A stretch of DNA of 64,000 nt, taken from NCBI GenBank assembly GCA_965214095.1, contig OZ243938.1, positions 2,560,001 through 2,624,000 of the forward strand, read 5' to 3'. Positions within the stretch are counted from its first letter, which is position 1, and the number at the start of each line of letters is the position of its first letter. Source of the DNA: Candidatus Poribacteria bacterium (GTDB lineage: Bacteria > Poribacteria > WGA-4E > WGA-3G). The notes beneath the pieces are model-generated. The model did no database searches and had not been told where the DNA came from. It saw nothing but the letters and a program-made list of their open reading frames with translations. Of the stretch, positions 1 to 9,590 are shown piece after piece. The position numbers and the translations under genes were made by a program.

Positions 1-1363
1 GAATATGTGTGCCTTTCCCTACCGTCCACAGATCAACGTTCCCGTTCTCACTTCCACTTGCAAGCATAAAACCATCTGGACTATACGCAACACTATAGAT
101 ACTTCCAGCATCATTGCTTAAAGTCATCAAAGGTGTGGCAGTAAGGATATCTTGCAGACGTACTGTGCCATCCAAACTCCCACTCGCAAGAGTTTTTCCA
201 TCCGGACTAAAAACGACACTATCCATCGGACGCGTATGTTCTGTGAGAATATTAAGGGGTGTCAATGTATTCATATCCCATAAACGAATGGTTTTGTAAC
301 CACTAATCGCAGCCAACATAGTTCCATCTTGACTGAATACAGGGTTTGTCATACCACTAAAATGCCCAGGTATTGTCAGAAAGGGTTTCCTTGTTTGCAG
401 ATTCCACATACGCACTGTGCCATCCAAACTCCCACTCACTAGCGTCTTCCCATCAGAACTGAAAACCAGTTTTGAAACGACATCCGTATTTTCCATGAAT
501 TCCCTACCTGGGACACCTGTCTGGATATCCCAATATCGAATGTGTTTTCCCCTACGTGAACTCACCAAAGACTTACCATCTGGACTAAAAGCAACACTAT
601 TGGCATAAGAAGGATGATCTGTGAGTGTTAGTAATGATGATCCGGTATTCACATCCCACAAACGGACGGTCTTATCCCAACTCGTACTTACCAATTTCAT
701 CCCATCTGGACTGAACGATACACTATATAGTCCTTTTGTATGCCCCGAAAACGTTTGCAATTGTTTCCCCGTCTCATAATTCCAGAGACGTGCAGTTTTG
801 TCCCAACTTGCACTTGCTAATGTCTTACCCTTCGGATTGAATGATACACTGTAGACTGTATCCGTGTGTCCTCTCAACTCTTGAAGAAGTGTTCCTGTCT
901 CAGCATGCCAGAGACGCACAGTTGTATCCCGACCTGCACTTGCCAATATCTTACCGTCCGGACTGAACGCTACGCATTCAACACTAGCTGTAAGATTTGC
1001 AATTTTCCTAAGGTGTGTTCCTGCCTCAACATCCCAGAGACGCACAGTATTATCCCAACTTGCACTTGCTAACATCTTATCATCGGGACTGAACGCTACG
1101 TCTCTGACAACATGCGTATGCTCTTTGAGCAGGTCAAGTGCTTCACCTGTTTGCGTGTCATAAACCCAAATACCAATTCCACTTGCTACTGCAACATGTT
1201 TCCCACTGTGGGAATAAGCGATTTCATATAACACACCTTTGCCGAGACGTGCTTTTGCCCCTTCTGGCAAACCCCATTGTGTAAAATCTTGTGCAAGCGG
1301 CGTTGAGGCTAGAACCAGTATTGAAATGCAAATAGTTAAAATCGAGAATAGTGTTTTTTTCAT
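1..1363 (-). CDS. Secreted WD40-repeat protein (3' end runs off the window)
   Basis: Minus-strand ATG at 1363 with AAAGGA upstream. Reads MKKTLFSILTICISILVLASTPLAQDFTQWGLPEGAKARLGKG, then repeated 'H...V..VAFSPD.K.LASASWD.TA.LWD' units. Absent from the ORF track because no stop lies in the window. Confidence 0.9.
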   Translation of the reverse strand, partial: MKKTLFSILTICISILVLASTPLAQDFTQWGLPEGAKARLGKGVLYEIAYSHSGKHVAVASGIGIWVYDTQTGEALDLLKEHTHVVRDVAFSPDDKMLASASWDNTVRLWDVEAGTHLRKIANLTASVECVAFSPDGKILASAGRDTTVRLWHAETGTLLQELRGHTDTVYSVSFNPKGKTLASASWDKTARLWNYETGKQLQTFSGHTKGLYSVSFSPDGMKLVSTSWDKTVRLWDVNTGSSLLTLTDHPSYANSVAFSPDGKSLVSSRRGKHIRYWDIQTGVPGREFMENTDVVSKLVFSSDGKTLVSGSLDGTVRMWNLQTRKPFLTIPGHFSGMTNPVFSQDGTMLAAISGYKTIRLWDMNTLTPLNILTEHTRPMDSVVFSPDGKTLASGSLDGTVRLQDILTATPLMTLSNDAGSIYSVAYSPDGFMLASGSENGNVDLWTVGKGTHI

Positions 1364-1422
1364 GTGTGGGTTTGTCCTTTTTGTATCGGTGTTATTTATG
1401 ATGTATTATAAAATTATCATTA

Positions 1423-1534
1423 TACCATTTCTAATTGAAAACGCCGCATTTTTGTAGCACAAACTGCCAGTTTGTGCCGTCCTTCAAGACATTCTTAACA
1501 AATGTTAATGGGATAAGCATTTATAGAAATGGTA
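1423..1534. mobile_element. MITE family A copy 1 (112 bp, TIR TACCATTTCTA, TTA target duplication, central GTAG-REP hairpin)
   Basis: TTA|TACCATTTCTA...TAGAAATGGTA|TTA. Near-identical copy at 16045-16156 and an interrupted copy at 47884-48111. Confidence 0.85.
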
Positions 1535-1662
1535 TTAGTTTGATAATAGACATCTGAACTTCATTTTAATGTGAGTTTGATAAATAATTCAAATATTTTG
1601 TCTAAAGAGAACTCTTTTGGTATAATAAAGTCATTATACTTACTTTAAAAAGGAGTTCTCTA

Positions 1663-1865
1663 ATGCGTATTTTAACACTTTTTTGCAAAATTGACGACTT
1701 TTTTAGCTTATAAGGCATTTCTGGAATCGCGCTCACTTCAGAACGATAAACCGATTGAAACACGCGGGCGTCCGCGCAATCTACACGACAGTGAGGTAAT
1801 GACCATAATCATTGCCTTCCATCAAAGTGGGTGTCGTACGTTCAAACATTTTTATGATTTTTTTA
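1663..1865 (+). pseudogene. IS982-family transposase 5' fragment (frameshifted, truncated)
   Basis: AAGGAG then ATG gives MRILTLFCKIDDF. After a frameshift in a T-run it continues RGRPRNLHDSEVMTIIIAFHQSGCRTFKHFY, resembling the IS982 N-terminus, then breaks off at the 3' end of the convergent gene. Confidence 0.75.
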
Positions 1866-1869
1866 GGTG

Positions 1870-4800
1870 TCATTCAGTGGAAGGTTTAGGGAGGGTACCA
1901 TTCAACGCATTCGCAACAAACACAAGATCCGCAAGATCAACAACACCGTCCCTATTAACATCCGCACGCATATCTTTTCCGGTCTGTCCAAGACGCGCAG
2001 AGACAAATTCAAGATCCCCATCATTCAGCTGCCAATCTTCATTAACATCTCCATGAATAGGAGTCGGTTTGACAACCCAAGCATACACAGGAACAGAAAG
2101 TTTCCGTTCAATACTATTATCAGTCATCGTGATAGTTGAATCTGCGAACTCAAGAACTTCAAAAGTGACGGTAGCAACGAGACCATCCGCAGCAATGGAA
2201 TTCCCCGCAATTGAAATTGTACTTTCACTTGCAACAATCTTCGGTTGATCTGTTTCTCGGTTAGGAATATATCGGAGAGCAGATAAATCATACTGCAACG
2301 TGAATTGATAATCCGTAACACCTTGTCTACTAACCAAATTAATGTTAAAGGTGATGCTTTCACCTACGCGGGGTGATTCAACGATATGTGGTGTGATGTT
2401 CAGTCGCGTGTCAAACGTTGGTTTCATCTCCCACAATAGCACTGTCCCATCTTTGCTCCCACTCACAAGCGTATTGCTATCTGCTGTATATGATAAGAAG
2501 GTAATCGAATCAGTATGTCCTGTTAAAGTTCTTTCCCGTATATTCTTCTCTATGTCCCAAAATACAATATTCATTTCCTCAGTAGTACCAATTGGAGATG
2601 ATTTCTTCTCTCTCACACCACAAGTAAGCGTCTTACCATCGGGAGAGAAAGTAATTGGTTCAATTTTCTTAATATAGGGACCATTCTCAGACAAGACTCT
2701 AAGAGTGGACTTATGTCTCCGCAAATTCACATCCCACAATTGAATGTGTCGGTAACCATCTGTAGAAGCAATTGTCTGTCCATCTGGAGAAAACACCACT
2801 GAACTCACAGGAGTAGCACTATTAAACCCACTGTAAACTAAATTCCTAAATTCAGCATATTGTTTTCCTGTTTTTGTGTCCCATACTCGGATTGTATTGT
2901 CATTACTATCATTCCGATTTCCACTCCCACTCACAAGCATAGTTCCATCAGGAGAAAACCCTATGGAGTTGATGCGTTCTGCATGACCTTGAAGTGTTTT
3001 TGTGTGTTCGCCACTGCGAATATCCCAAAGCCGAATCATGTTGCGTTCATTACTTGCAAGTGTTTGTCCGTTTGGTGATAACACGATCGATCTGATATTT
3101 TCAATATAGAGAGTTTCCTTATGTCCCGGAAGGGTTGCTATCTCTTGTTGGGTATGAGTGTCAAACAGTCTAATATCCTTTTCCCATGGATAGGCAAGTG
3201 TCCTATTGTCTTTGATTAGGACAAGCGGTGTAAGACGGAAATCACCAGCTATCGTTGCCTTCAAGAGCCGTGAATGCATATCCCATAATCGGAGACCTTG
3301 ACTACCATGTACAGTAATAAGTGTTGTTCCATCAGCTGACAATACTGCTGAATTGATTGCGTTACCATATCCCTTAAGCATCAAACTGATTTTACCAGCT
3401 TCTGTATTCCACATTTGCACAGTACCATCTGGAGTTACGCTTATCAGAGAAGTCTTATCAACCAAAAATGGTGGAAGAAAAAACTCCCCATATTCTACAT
3501 CTTCAAATAGTGTTAGATTTTCACCTGTCTCAATGTTCCATTCTCGTCCTGTTCCATCCCTATTCACACTGATTAAGCTGTTCCCATCAGCAGAAAACCG
3601 CACAGAAGAAACAGGATCTGTCAATTCTTGATTTTCTTCAAAAAAGGTAGTTTGTAGTTCTCCCGTATCTGCGTTCCACAGTTTGATGATTTCAACTTTC
3701 CTATTGTCCATGTCTAATGCTATGGTTGCAAGCGTCTTTCCATCTGGTGAAAAGGAGAGACGAGGTTCAGTCGGAGAAAATTGTATCTCAGTTCTTTGAA
3801 CATCATTAATATCTACAAGGGTATGTATATGCTGCCCAGATTGTATATTCCAGAGTTGCGTTTCTTGGCGCGTATTTGCAATGGCAAGTGTCCTACTATC
3901 TGGAGAGAACTCCAATGCATAGTAGAAATCACCTGATGGATAGGCTTTTTGTCTCCGTAACCATAAGTGTGTATCCCACAATTGAAAATGTCTTTTATTT
4001 GAAGTGGCAAGAATCCTACCATCTGGTGAAAAGGCAATATTAAATATCACACTCCCAGCGTTGAGTTCCCTCAGTAGCTGACGGGTATACGGATTCCATA
4101 TCCGAAGTTTGCCATCATAACTCCCACTCACAAGTAGATCCCCTTGCGGTGAAAAGACAACAGATGAAACAGGTTCAGTGTGTCCTGTCAGCAATGCAAG
4201 TTCATCTCCTGTTTTACCATCATACAACCAAACACCCGCAGATCCGGCAACTGCAAGTAACGTCTTATCAGGTGACATCTTTATATCATTGACAGTACCT
4301 TTCCCTAAGCGTGTAATCGCGCCAACTGGTAAACTAAATTGTGTGTGATCTACAGGATCACCATCTGTTGCTTCTAATGCAACAACAGAACACCCTACTG
4401 AAATAGGACGCGCAAGACTACCATCACCTTTTTCAAGACGAACTCTCGTCAAGCTTATAACTGATGGTCTCACTGCAATCACTTCAAACGTCACACTTGC
4501 GAACGTACCAGTTTCTTTACTAACTGCATCAGAACTGTTTGATATAAGTTTCAGACGATTCGGATACACATCTTTGGTCTCAAAATCGGCATCATTGATA
4601 AGATAATCCCCTTTTTCACTTGAAACATATCGTAGGGCAGTCGTATCATAATCCACCGTGACCTGATACCCGCTTATGTCCTTTGCTCCAGCAATATCTA
4701 TGTTAAGTTTAACTTTCTCTCCGATAGCAGGTGATTCTACAATATTAGGTGCAATGCTAACCACCGAGTTTGTATCTGTTGTAGGTCTCATCTTCCACAA

Positions 4801-6717
4801 CAGAACAGTCCCATCTTGACCAACACTTGCCAAATTATGTTCGTTTGGTAAAAGCGCGTCCTGCATCGTCCCAGTTCCCTCACGAGAAAGAAATGCTAAC
4901 GAAGAAATATTACCAAAGTGTCCAATAAAGGTCTCTTGAAGTTGACCTGTAGGTAGGTCCCACACTCTAATAATGCTGCTTAAACCTGCCCCCGAAAGTT
5001 TTGTGCCATCCTCCGAAAAGGATAATACAGAAACCGCACCATCCTTAAAAACATGTGTACGTTTTTGAGTTCTCATATCCCACACCCAAACACCATATGA
5101 ATCACCACCCGCAAGTAATGAACCATCCGGTGAAAATTCCATTGTTGATGTCGGTCCAGATTCCTCTGCAAGTACTGCTTCGTGATTACCGGTAATAGCA
5201 TCCCACAAATGAATACTATTCATTCGTCCCCCACCTGTTACAAGATACCTGCCATCTGGAGAAAATGCTAAACTATTAACCCATCCTAGATGTTTTCTAA
5301 GAGTCTTTTTTAGTTTGCCAGTAAACGTATCCCACAGTTCCACGCAGCTATTCGTTTTACCCAAAGCAAGCGTTTTCCCATCTGGAGACAGAGTCCTTGA
5401 ATTTTTAATACCTAAATGGAAATAATTGAGTGCATCAGTTAGGGTTGATTGATGTTTCCCTGTCTGCACATTCCATGCTTTCATTTGTTTCAACTGACTG
5501 GTGTAAGTTCCACTGACAAGTGTTGTGCCATCCCCTGACATAAGAAGTATTGAAGTGTATTTCGGATCAAGGATAAGTCGTTTCTCTACCTGACGCGAGT
5601 TGATATTCCAAAACTGTATATCCCCATTATGTTGGGAAGCAAGTGTTTTTCCATCAACTATTGCCATCGGCAAATTATGTTGTGTATGCGTGATAGTCCG
5701 TTTCTGTTGCCCCGTTACTGTATCCCAAAATATGATTGTCCCATCATGACTTCCACTCGCAAACGTTGTGCCATCAGGTGAAAATGCCAATGTGAAAATA
5801 GCACCTTTATGTCCCTTCAAAGTTGTTTGCTGTTTTCCCGTTTCTGGATCCCAAAAATAGACTGTTGGATCAAACCCCGCACTGGCAAGTGTGTTCCCAT
5901 CAGGTGAGAACGCGAGGACGTTTAATTGTCCGTGAAACCCATCAATAATTTTTCTTCGTTTTTCTGTCTTTAGGTCCCATAACTCAATTGTATCTGCCGA
6001 ATCACCACTCGCAAGCACTGTTCCATCAGGAGAAAACACCAGCTCTTTAACCTCCTGACTATGTCCTATAAGTGTTGATTTCTGATGTCCACTCTGCACA
6101 TCCCATAAGTGAATGTTTTTGTCCCAAGCCGAACTCGCAAACGTCTTGCCATCCGGTGAAAATGCGAAAGTTGAAAAACTTCCTTTTTCCAAATCAAGTG
6201 TCCTTATTTGTTTATGTGTATTCGCTTCCCACAACGTAATGATGCGATAACTTAACCCACAAATAATGCTTCCATCCGGTGAAAACCGCACTGTATTCGC
6301 ATTCTCTCCTATAAGTGTAGTCTTATATTTCCGTGTTCCTACATCCCACAAACGGACTTTCTGATCCCAACCAGCAATCGCAATTGTTTTCCCATCGGGT
6401 GAGAATGCTACTGAAGGCCTCTGATTCAATTGCTTCTGTTTCAGATTCAGATAATTGGAAAGTTCAGTATTCGTAAGACCAGAAAGCAACCCGATTTCAT
6501 CACCCGTATGCGCGTCATACAACCACGCACCGATAGGCGTTCCCACTGCAAGCAGCATTCCATCAGGTGAATACGTCATGTCAGTAATCCGTCCTTTACC
6601 GATACGCGCAACTGCATTCTCTGGAAGTTCCCATTGGGATATATCCACCGCACCACCAGACGATACAATCATAATAACGAATAACAGCATAATAAGAAAA
6701 AGTTTCAAATGTTTCAT
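1870..6717 (-). CDS. Secreted WD40-cohesin-WD40-cohesin-dockerin protein (1615 aa)
   Basis: Signal peptide; two long WD40 arrays; two cohesin-like segments (GYQVTVDYDTTALRY, DYQFTLQYDLSALRY); C-terminal dockerin-like pair GDVNEDWQLNDGD...ADVNRDGVVDLAD. Confidence 0.9.
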   Translation of the reverse strand: MKHLKLFLIMLLFVIMIVSSGGAVDISQWELPENAVARIGKGRITDMTYSPDGMLLAVGTPIGAWLYDAHTGDEIGLLSGLTNTELSNYLNLKQKQLNQRPSVAFSPDGKTIAIAGWDQKVRLWDVGTRKYKTTLIGENANTVRFSPDGSIICGLSYRIITLWEANTHKQIRTLDLEKGSFSTFAFSPDGKTFASSAWDKNIHLWDVQSGHQKSTLIGHSQEVKELVFSPDGTVLASGDSADTIELWDLKTEKRRKIIDGFHGQLNVLAFSPDGNTLASAGFDPTVYFWDPETGKQQTTLKGHKGAIFTLAFSPDGTTFASGSHDGTIIFWDTVTGQQKRTITHTQHNLPMAIVDGKTLASQHNGDIQFWNINSRQVEKRLILDPKYTSILLMSGDGTTLVSGTYTSQLKQMKAWNVQTGKHQSTLTDALNYFHLGIKNSRTLSPDGKTLALGKTNSCVELWDTFTGKLKKTLRKHLGWVNSLAFSPDGRYLVTGGGRMNSIHLWDAITGNHEAVLAEESGPTSTMEFSPDGSLLAGGDSYGVWVWDMRTQKRTHVFKDGAVSVLSFSEDGTKLSGAGLSSIIRVWDLPTGQLQETFIGHFGNISSLAFLSREGTGTMQDALLPNEHNLASVGQDGTVLLWKMRPTTDTNSVVSIAPNIVESPAIGEKVKLNIDIAGAKDISGYQVTVDYDTTALRYVSSEKGDYLINDADFETKDVYPNRLKLISNSSDAVSKETGTFASVTFEVIAVRPSVISLTRVRLEKGDGSLARPISVGCSVVALEATDGDPVDHTQFSLPVGAITRLGKGTVNDIKMSPDKTLLAVAGSAGVWLYDGKTGDELALLTGHTEPVSSVVFSPQGDLLVSGSYDGKLRIWNPYTRQLLRELNAGSVIFNIAFSPDGRILATSNKRHFQLWDTHLWLRRQKAYPSGDFYYALEFSPDSRTLAIANTRQETQLWNIQSGQHIHTLVDINDVQRTEIQFSPTEPRLSFSPDGKTLATIALDMDNRKVEIIKLWNADTGELQTTFFEENQELTDPVSSVRFSADGNSLISVNRDGTGREWNIETGENLTLFEDVEYGEFFLPPFLVDKTSLISVTPDGTVQMWNTEAGKISLMLKGYGNAINSAVLSADGTTLITVHGSQGLRLWDMHSRLLKATIAGDFRLTPLVLIKDNRTLAYPWEKDIRLFDTHTQQEIATLPGHKETLYIENIRSIVLSPNGQTLASNERNMIRLWDIRSGEHTKTLQGHAERINSIGFSPDGTMLVSGSGNRNDSNDNTIRVWDTKTGKQYAEFRNLVYSGFNSATPVSSVVFSPDGQTIASTDGYRHIQLWDVNLRRHKSTLRVLSENGPYIKKIEPITFSPDGKTLTCGVREKKSSPIGTTEEMNIVFWDIEKNIRERTLTGHTDSITFLSYTADSNTLVSGSKDGTVLLWEMKPTFDTRLNITPHIVESPRVGESITFNINLVSRQGVTDYQFTLQYDLSALRYIPNRETDQPKIVASESTISIAGNSIAADGLVATVTFEVLEFADSTITMTDNSIERKLSVPVYAWVVKPTPIHGDVNEDWQLNDGDLEFVSARLGQTGKDMRADVNRDGVVDLADLVFVANALNGTLPKPSTE

Positions 6718-9293
6718 TTTGCTTCCACCTTTCCACTTTTGACAGTCGGACGAATACGATTACCTTTCCTATCAGATATACTTGCATTACTTAGACTTAC
6801 CATTGAGTTCTTAGTATCAACTACTTCAAACGTCACAGTGGCAAGCGTACCATTCCCACTCACTTCACCTGTAAGTGCGGTTGATGTTAGAGTTATCTGA
6901 TCATTCACTATGTTAGGTGTCAAAAAGATCATATCATCAGGGAGATAGGCACCATTCGTTGCAGAGATATATCGAAGTGCTGATGCATCAAATCTCATAG
7001 TGAACTGATACGCAGCAACTTTTTCACCACCCGAAATCTGAACCTTGAACACCTGTTGTTTTCCAATTTCTAGCGACACAACAGTTGAAGGCGTAATTGA
7101 AAAAATAACGCTCTCTTCAACTTGAGGAACCGGCTTCCATAACACAATTGTTTCATCAGCACATGCACTTGCAAGCCTTCCATCACCGATAAACGCTAAT
7201 GAAGAAATATATTGTCTGTGTCCTTTCAACGTTGCTTGATGTTGCCGAAAACCGACATCCCACACCTCAACATTGTTCCCACCACCACTCGCAAGAAACC
7301 TACTATCCTGTGAAAACGTTAAAGAGAGCACCGGACTGGTATGCACATCATCATGCAGAACATGATTTTCACCTGTAGTGGTATTCCAGATTTGCACTGA
7401 CTTGTCATTATATCCACCACCACCGCTTGCAAGGAGCAATCCGTTTGGAGAATAGGCTAAAGCACTCACGATGTCGGTATGTCCTCTATACGTGTCTTTT
7501 AGTTTGCCTGTCCGAATGTCCCACAAATGAATTGCAGGACCTCCTTTCAATCCATTGCTTGCGAGGGTAGTTCCATCGGGAGATATCGCTATGGCTATTA
7601 TACCTTTCGGCCGTCCTTCCAACGTCCATTCAAGTTCCTCCGTATCCACTCTCCACAATTGGATTCCCAATTTATCTGTATGGTCAAGACTATTCACACT
7701 TACAAGTTTTAATCCATCAACAGAAAAGGCAACTGAATGCACCTGAGGAACTGTCCTCTCTATTTGAGCTTTCATAGCAATTGTGCCGACGTGTCTGTTA
7801 GTTCTTGTGTCCCATAACCGAACAGTACCATCATAACTTGCACTCGCGAGCATCGTTCCATCAGAAGAAAACGATACAGCGTTAACACCATCTGTATGTC
7901 CTTTAAGTGTACTCATATATTTTCCTGATTTTGCATCAAACAACAATATGTCATGTCCGCTGATACCACATGCCAGAATTCCACCTTTTCCATAAGCAAC
8001 GAACGGGCCTATATCATCCTGTCTACGCAAACCACTATAAACTATTGAACCTGACTCTGTATTTGCTGGAATATTCCATAGCCGGATCTGTCGTCCATAC
8101 TCATTACCTCGCTCGCTACGTATAGTTCCCCGCATAGCAAGTGTTCGACCATCGGGTGAAAATCGGAATGAGTCAACCCGCGCTTGAATAGGAAGTTTCA
8201 GTGTCCTTGTACCTGTCTGTGTGTTCCAGATTTCAATATTATTCTTTTTTTGAAATTCCCGAATGGCAAGTCTATTCCCATCGGCTGACATCGCTTTCGG
8301 TCTCTGAATGGGTTGATGTCCGGGAGGAAGTATAGGAATACTTGAAAGGTGTTGTCCAGAACGTGTGTTAAAAAAACGTAATTCATTCTTATCCCGATGG
8401 AAAGCCAACAGCGTCTCGCCATTTTGCGAAAATTCAAATCCCCCAATATGTCTTTCAACTCCTGTATCCAGTGTAGCAACTTCCGCACCTGTGTTGGCAT
8501 TACATAAAATAGTTTTGTCTTTCATTCTCTGAACAAAACGAGTGCCATCTGGGGAGAAGATTAAATTACCTGCAGGATAATTTGTATCAAATTTCTTGTC
8601 CTGTCCTGTTTTAGTATTCCAGATACGATAAATCCCATCAGTACTCACACAAATCAGTGAAATGTCGTCAGACGCATATACTAATCTATAGACCCAACCG
8701 TCATCTGTTGTAAGCATTGTCTTAACAAGTTCACCTGTCGCAACATCCCAAAGACGCACTCTACCATCTGGTCCTTTTTCAGATTGGGATTCTTCAACAT
8801 TCGGTCCTACAATTACATCACCAAGTCGAGTCCTTATTCGTTCCGACAGAACTTGACGGCTTGCACCTGTTGCAAGATGCTTACTGTCGGGAGAAAACGC
8901 TAAAACATTGGTGTTTCCGAGATGTCCGTCAAGTGTCGCACGATGTTCAAGAGTCCGTGCCTCCCACAAGCGAACTGTCCTATCAAGACTACCGGTGGCA
9001 ATCGTTTTACCATCTGGTGAATACCTTATAGCAGTAATAGTGTCGGTGTGTCCAGTAAGCAGCGCAAGTGCAGCACCTGTTCGTCCATCATAAATCCAAA
9101 TACCGGAATAAGGACTGACAACTGCGAGCTGACTGCTATCGGGTGAAAACACATAATTTGTAATATACCCGTTGCTGATACGCATCTCAGCACCTTCAGG
9201 CAACACCCGCTGCAGACCTGATGGCATCCCATTGGCAAATACCTCAGGAACAAAAATAACTACACTCAGCAATAGCAGCACAAACCTATTCAT
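6714..9293 (-). CDS. Secreted WD40-repeat protein with C-terminal cohesin domain (859 aa)
   Basis: Signal peptide, WD40 repeats and AYQFTMRFDASALRY cohesin motif. GGAGGAGG RBS; ATGA overlap with the downstream gene. Confidence 0.9.
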   Translation of the reverse strand: MNRFVLLLLSVVIFVPEVFANGMPSGLQRVLPEGAEMRISNGYITNYVFSPDSSQLAVVSPYSGIWIYDGRTGAALALLTGHTDTITAIRYSPDGKTIATGSLDRTVRLWEARTLEHRATLDGHLGNTNVLAFSPDSKHLATGASRQVLSERIRTRLGDVIVGPNVEESQSEKGPDGRVRLWDVATGELVKTMLTTDDGWVYRLVYASDDISLICVSTDGIYRIWNTKTGQDKKFDTNYPAGNLIFSPDGTRFVQRMKDKTILCNANTGAEVATLDTGVERHIGGFEFSQNGETLLAFHRDKNELRFFNTRSGQHLSSIPILPPGHQPIQRPKAMSADGNRLAIREFQKKNNIEIWNTQTGTRTLKLPIQARVDSFRFSPDGRTLAMRGTIRSERGNEYGRQIRLWNIPANTESGSIVYSGLRRQDDIGPFVAYGKGGILACGISGHDILLFDAKSGKYMSTLKGHTDGVNAVSFSSDGTMLASASYDGTVRLWDTRTNRHVGTIAMKAQIERTVPQVHSVAFSVDGLKLVSVNSLDHTDKLGIQLWRVDTEELEWTLEGRPKGIIAIAISPDGTTLASNGLKGGPAIHLWDIRTGKLKDTYRGHTDIVSALAYSPNGLLLASGGGGYNDKSVQIWNTTTGENHVLHDDVHTSPVLSLTFSQDSRFLASGGGNNVEVWDVGFRQHQATLKGHRQYISSLAFIGDGRLASACADETIVLWKPVPQVEESVIFSITPSTVVSLEIGKQQVFKVQISGGEKVAAYQFTMRFDASALRYISATNGAYLPDDMIFLTPNIVNDQITLTSTALTGEVSGNGTLATVTFEVVDTKNSMVSLSNASISDRKGNRIRPTVKSGKVEAK

Positions 9294-9590
9294 AACAACC
9301 CTCCTCCATCCTTATACTACCGTGTCATTATAACCTGCTATTCGTCAACCGTGCATAACGAAACAAATCACATAAGCGTTTACATATTGTTGGAGAGGTT
9401 TACAACCCCGATTTACAAAGAACCACGTTCAATGTGAATGTCTAATGCACATTCACTAAGCGCAATTCGCGCCATCCGTGAAATCCGCGTCAACCCGCAA
9501 TCCCAAAAAATATTTCCATCCAAAAGTAAACCCACCCATTTCTTCTCCGTTACAATACTATTACAACCCAAACAACAACGGAGAACTCTC

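Noticed and set aside
1691-2056. 121-aa ORF as an intact gene
   Set aside because: Only the first ~58 codons are IS982-like; the rest is antisense read-through into the dockerin-coding region.
9438-9590. N-terminal 51 codons of the 2196-aa ORF
   Set aside because: They cross an intergenic repeat. The RBS and signal peptide fit TTG at 9591 better.
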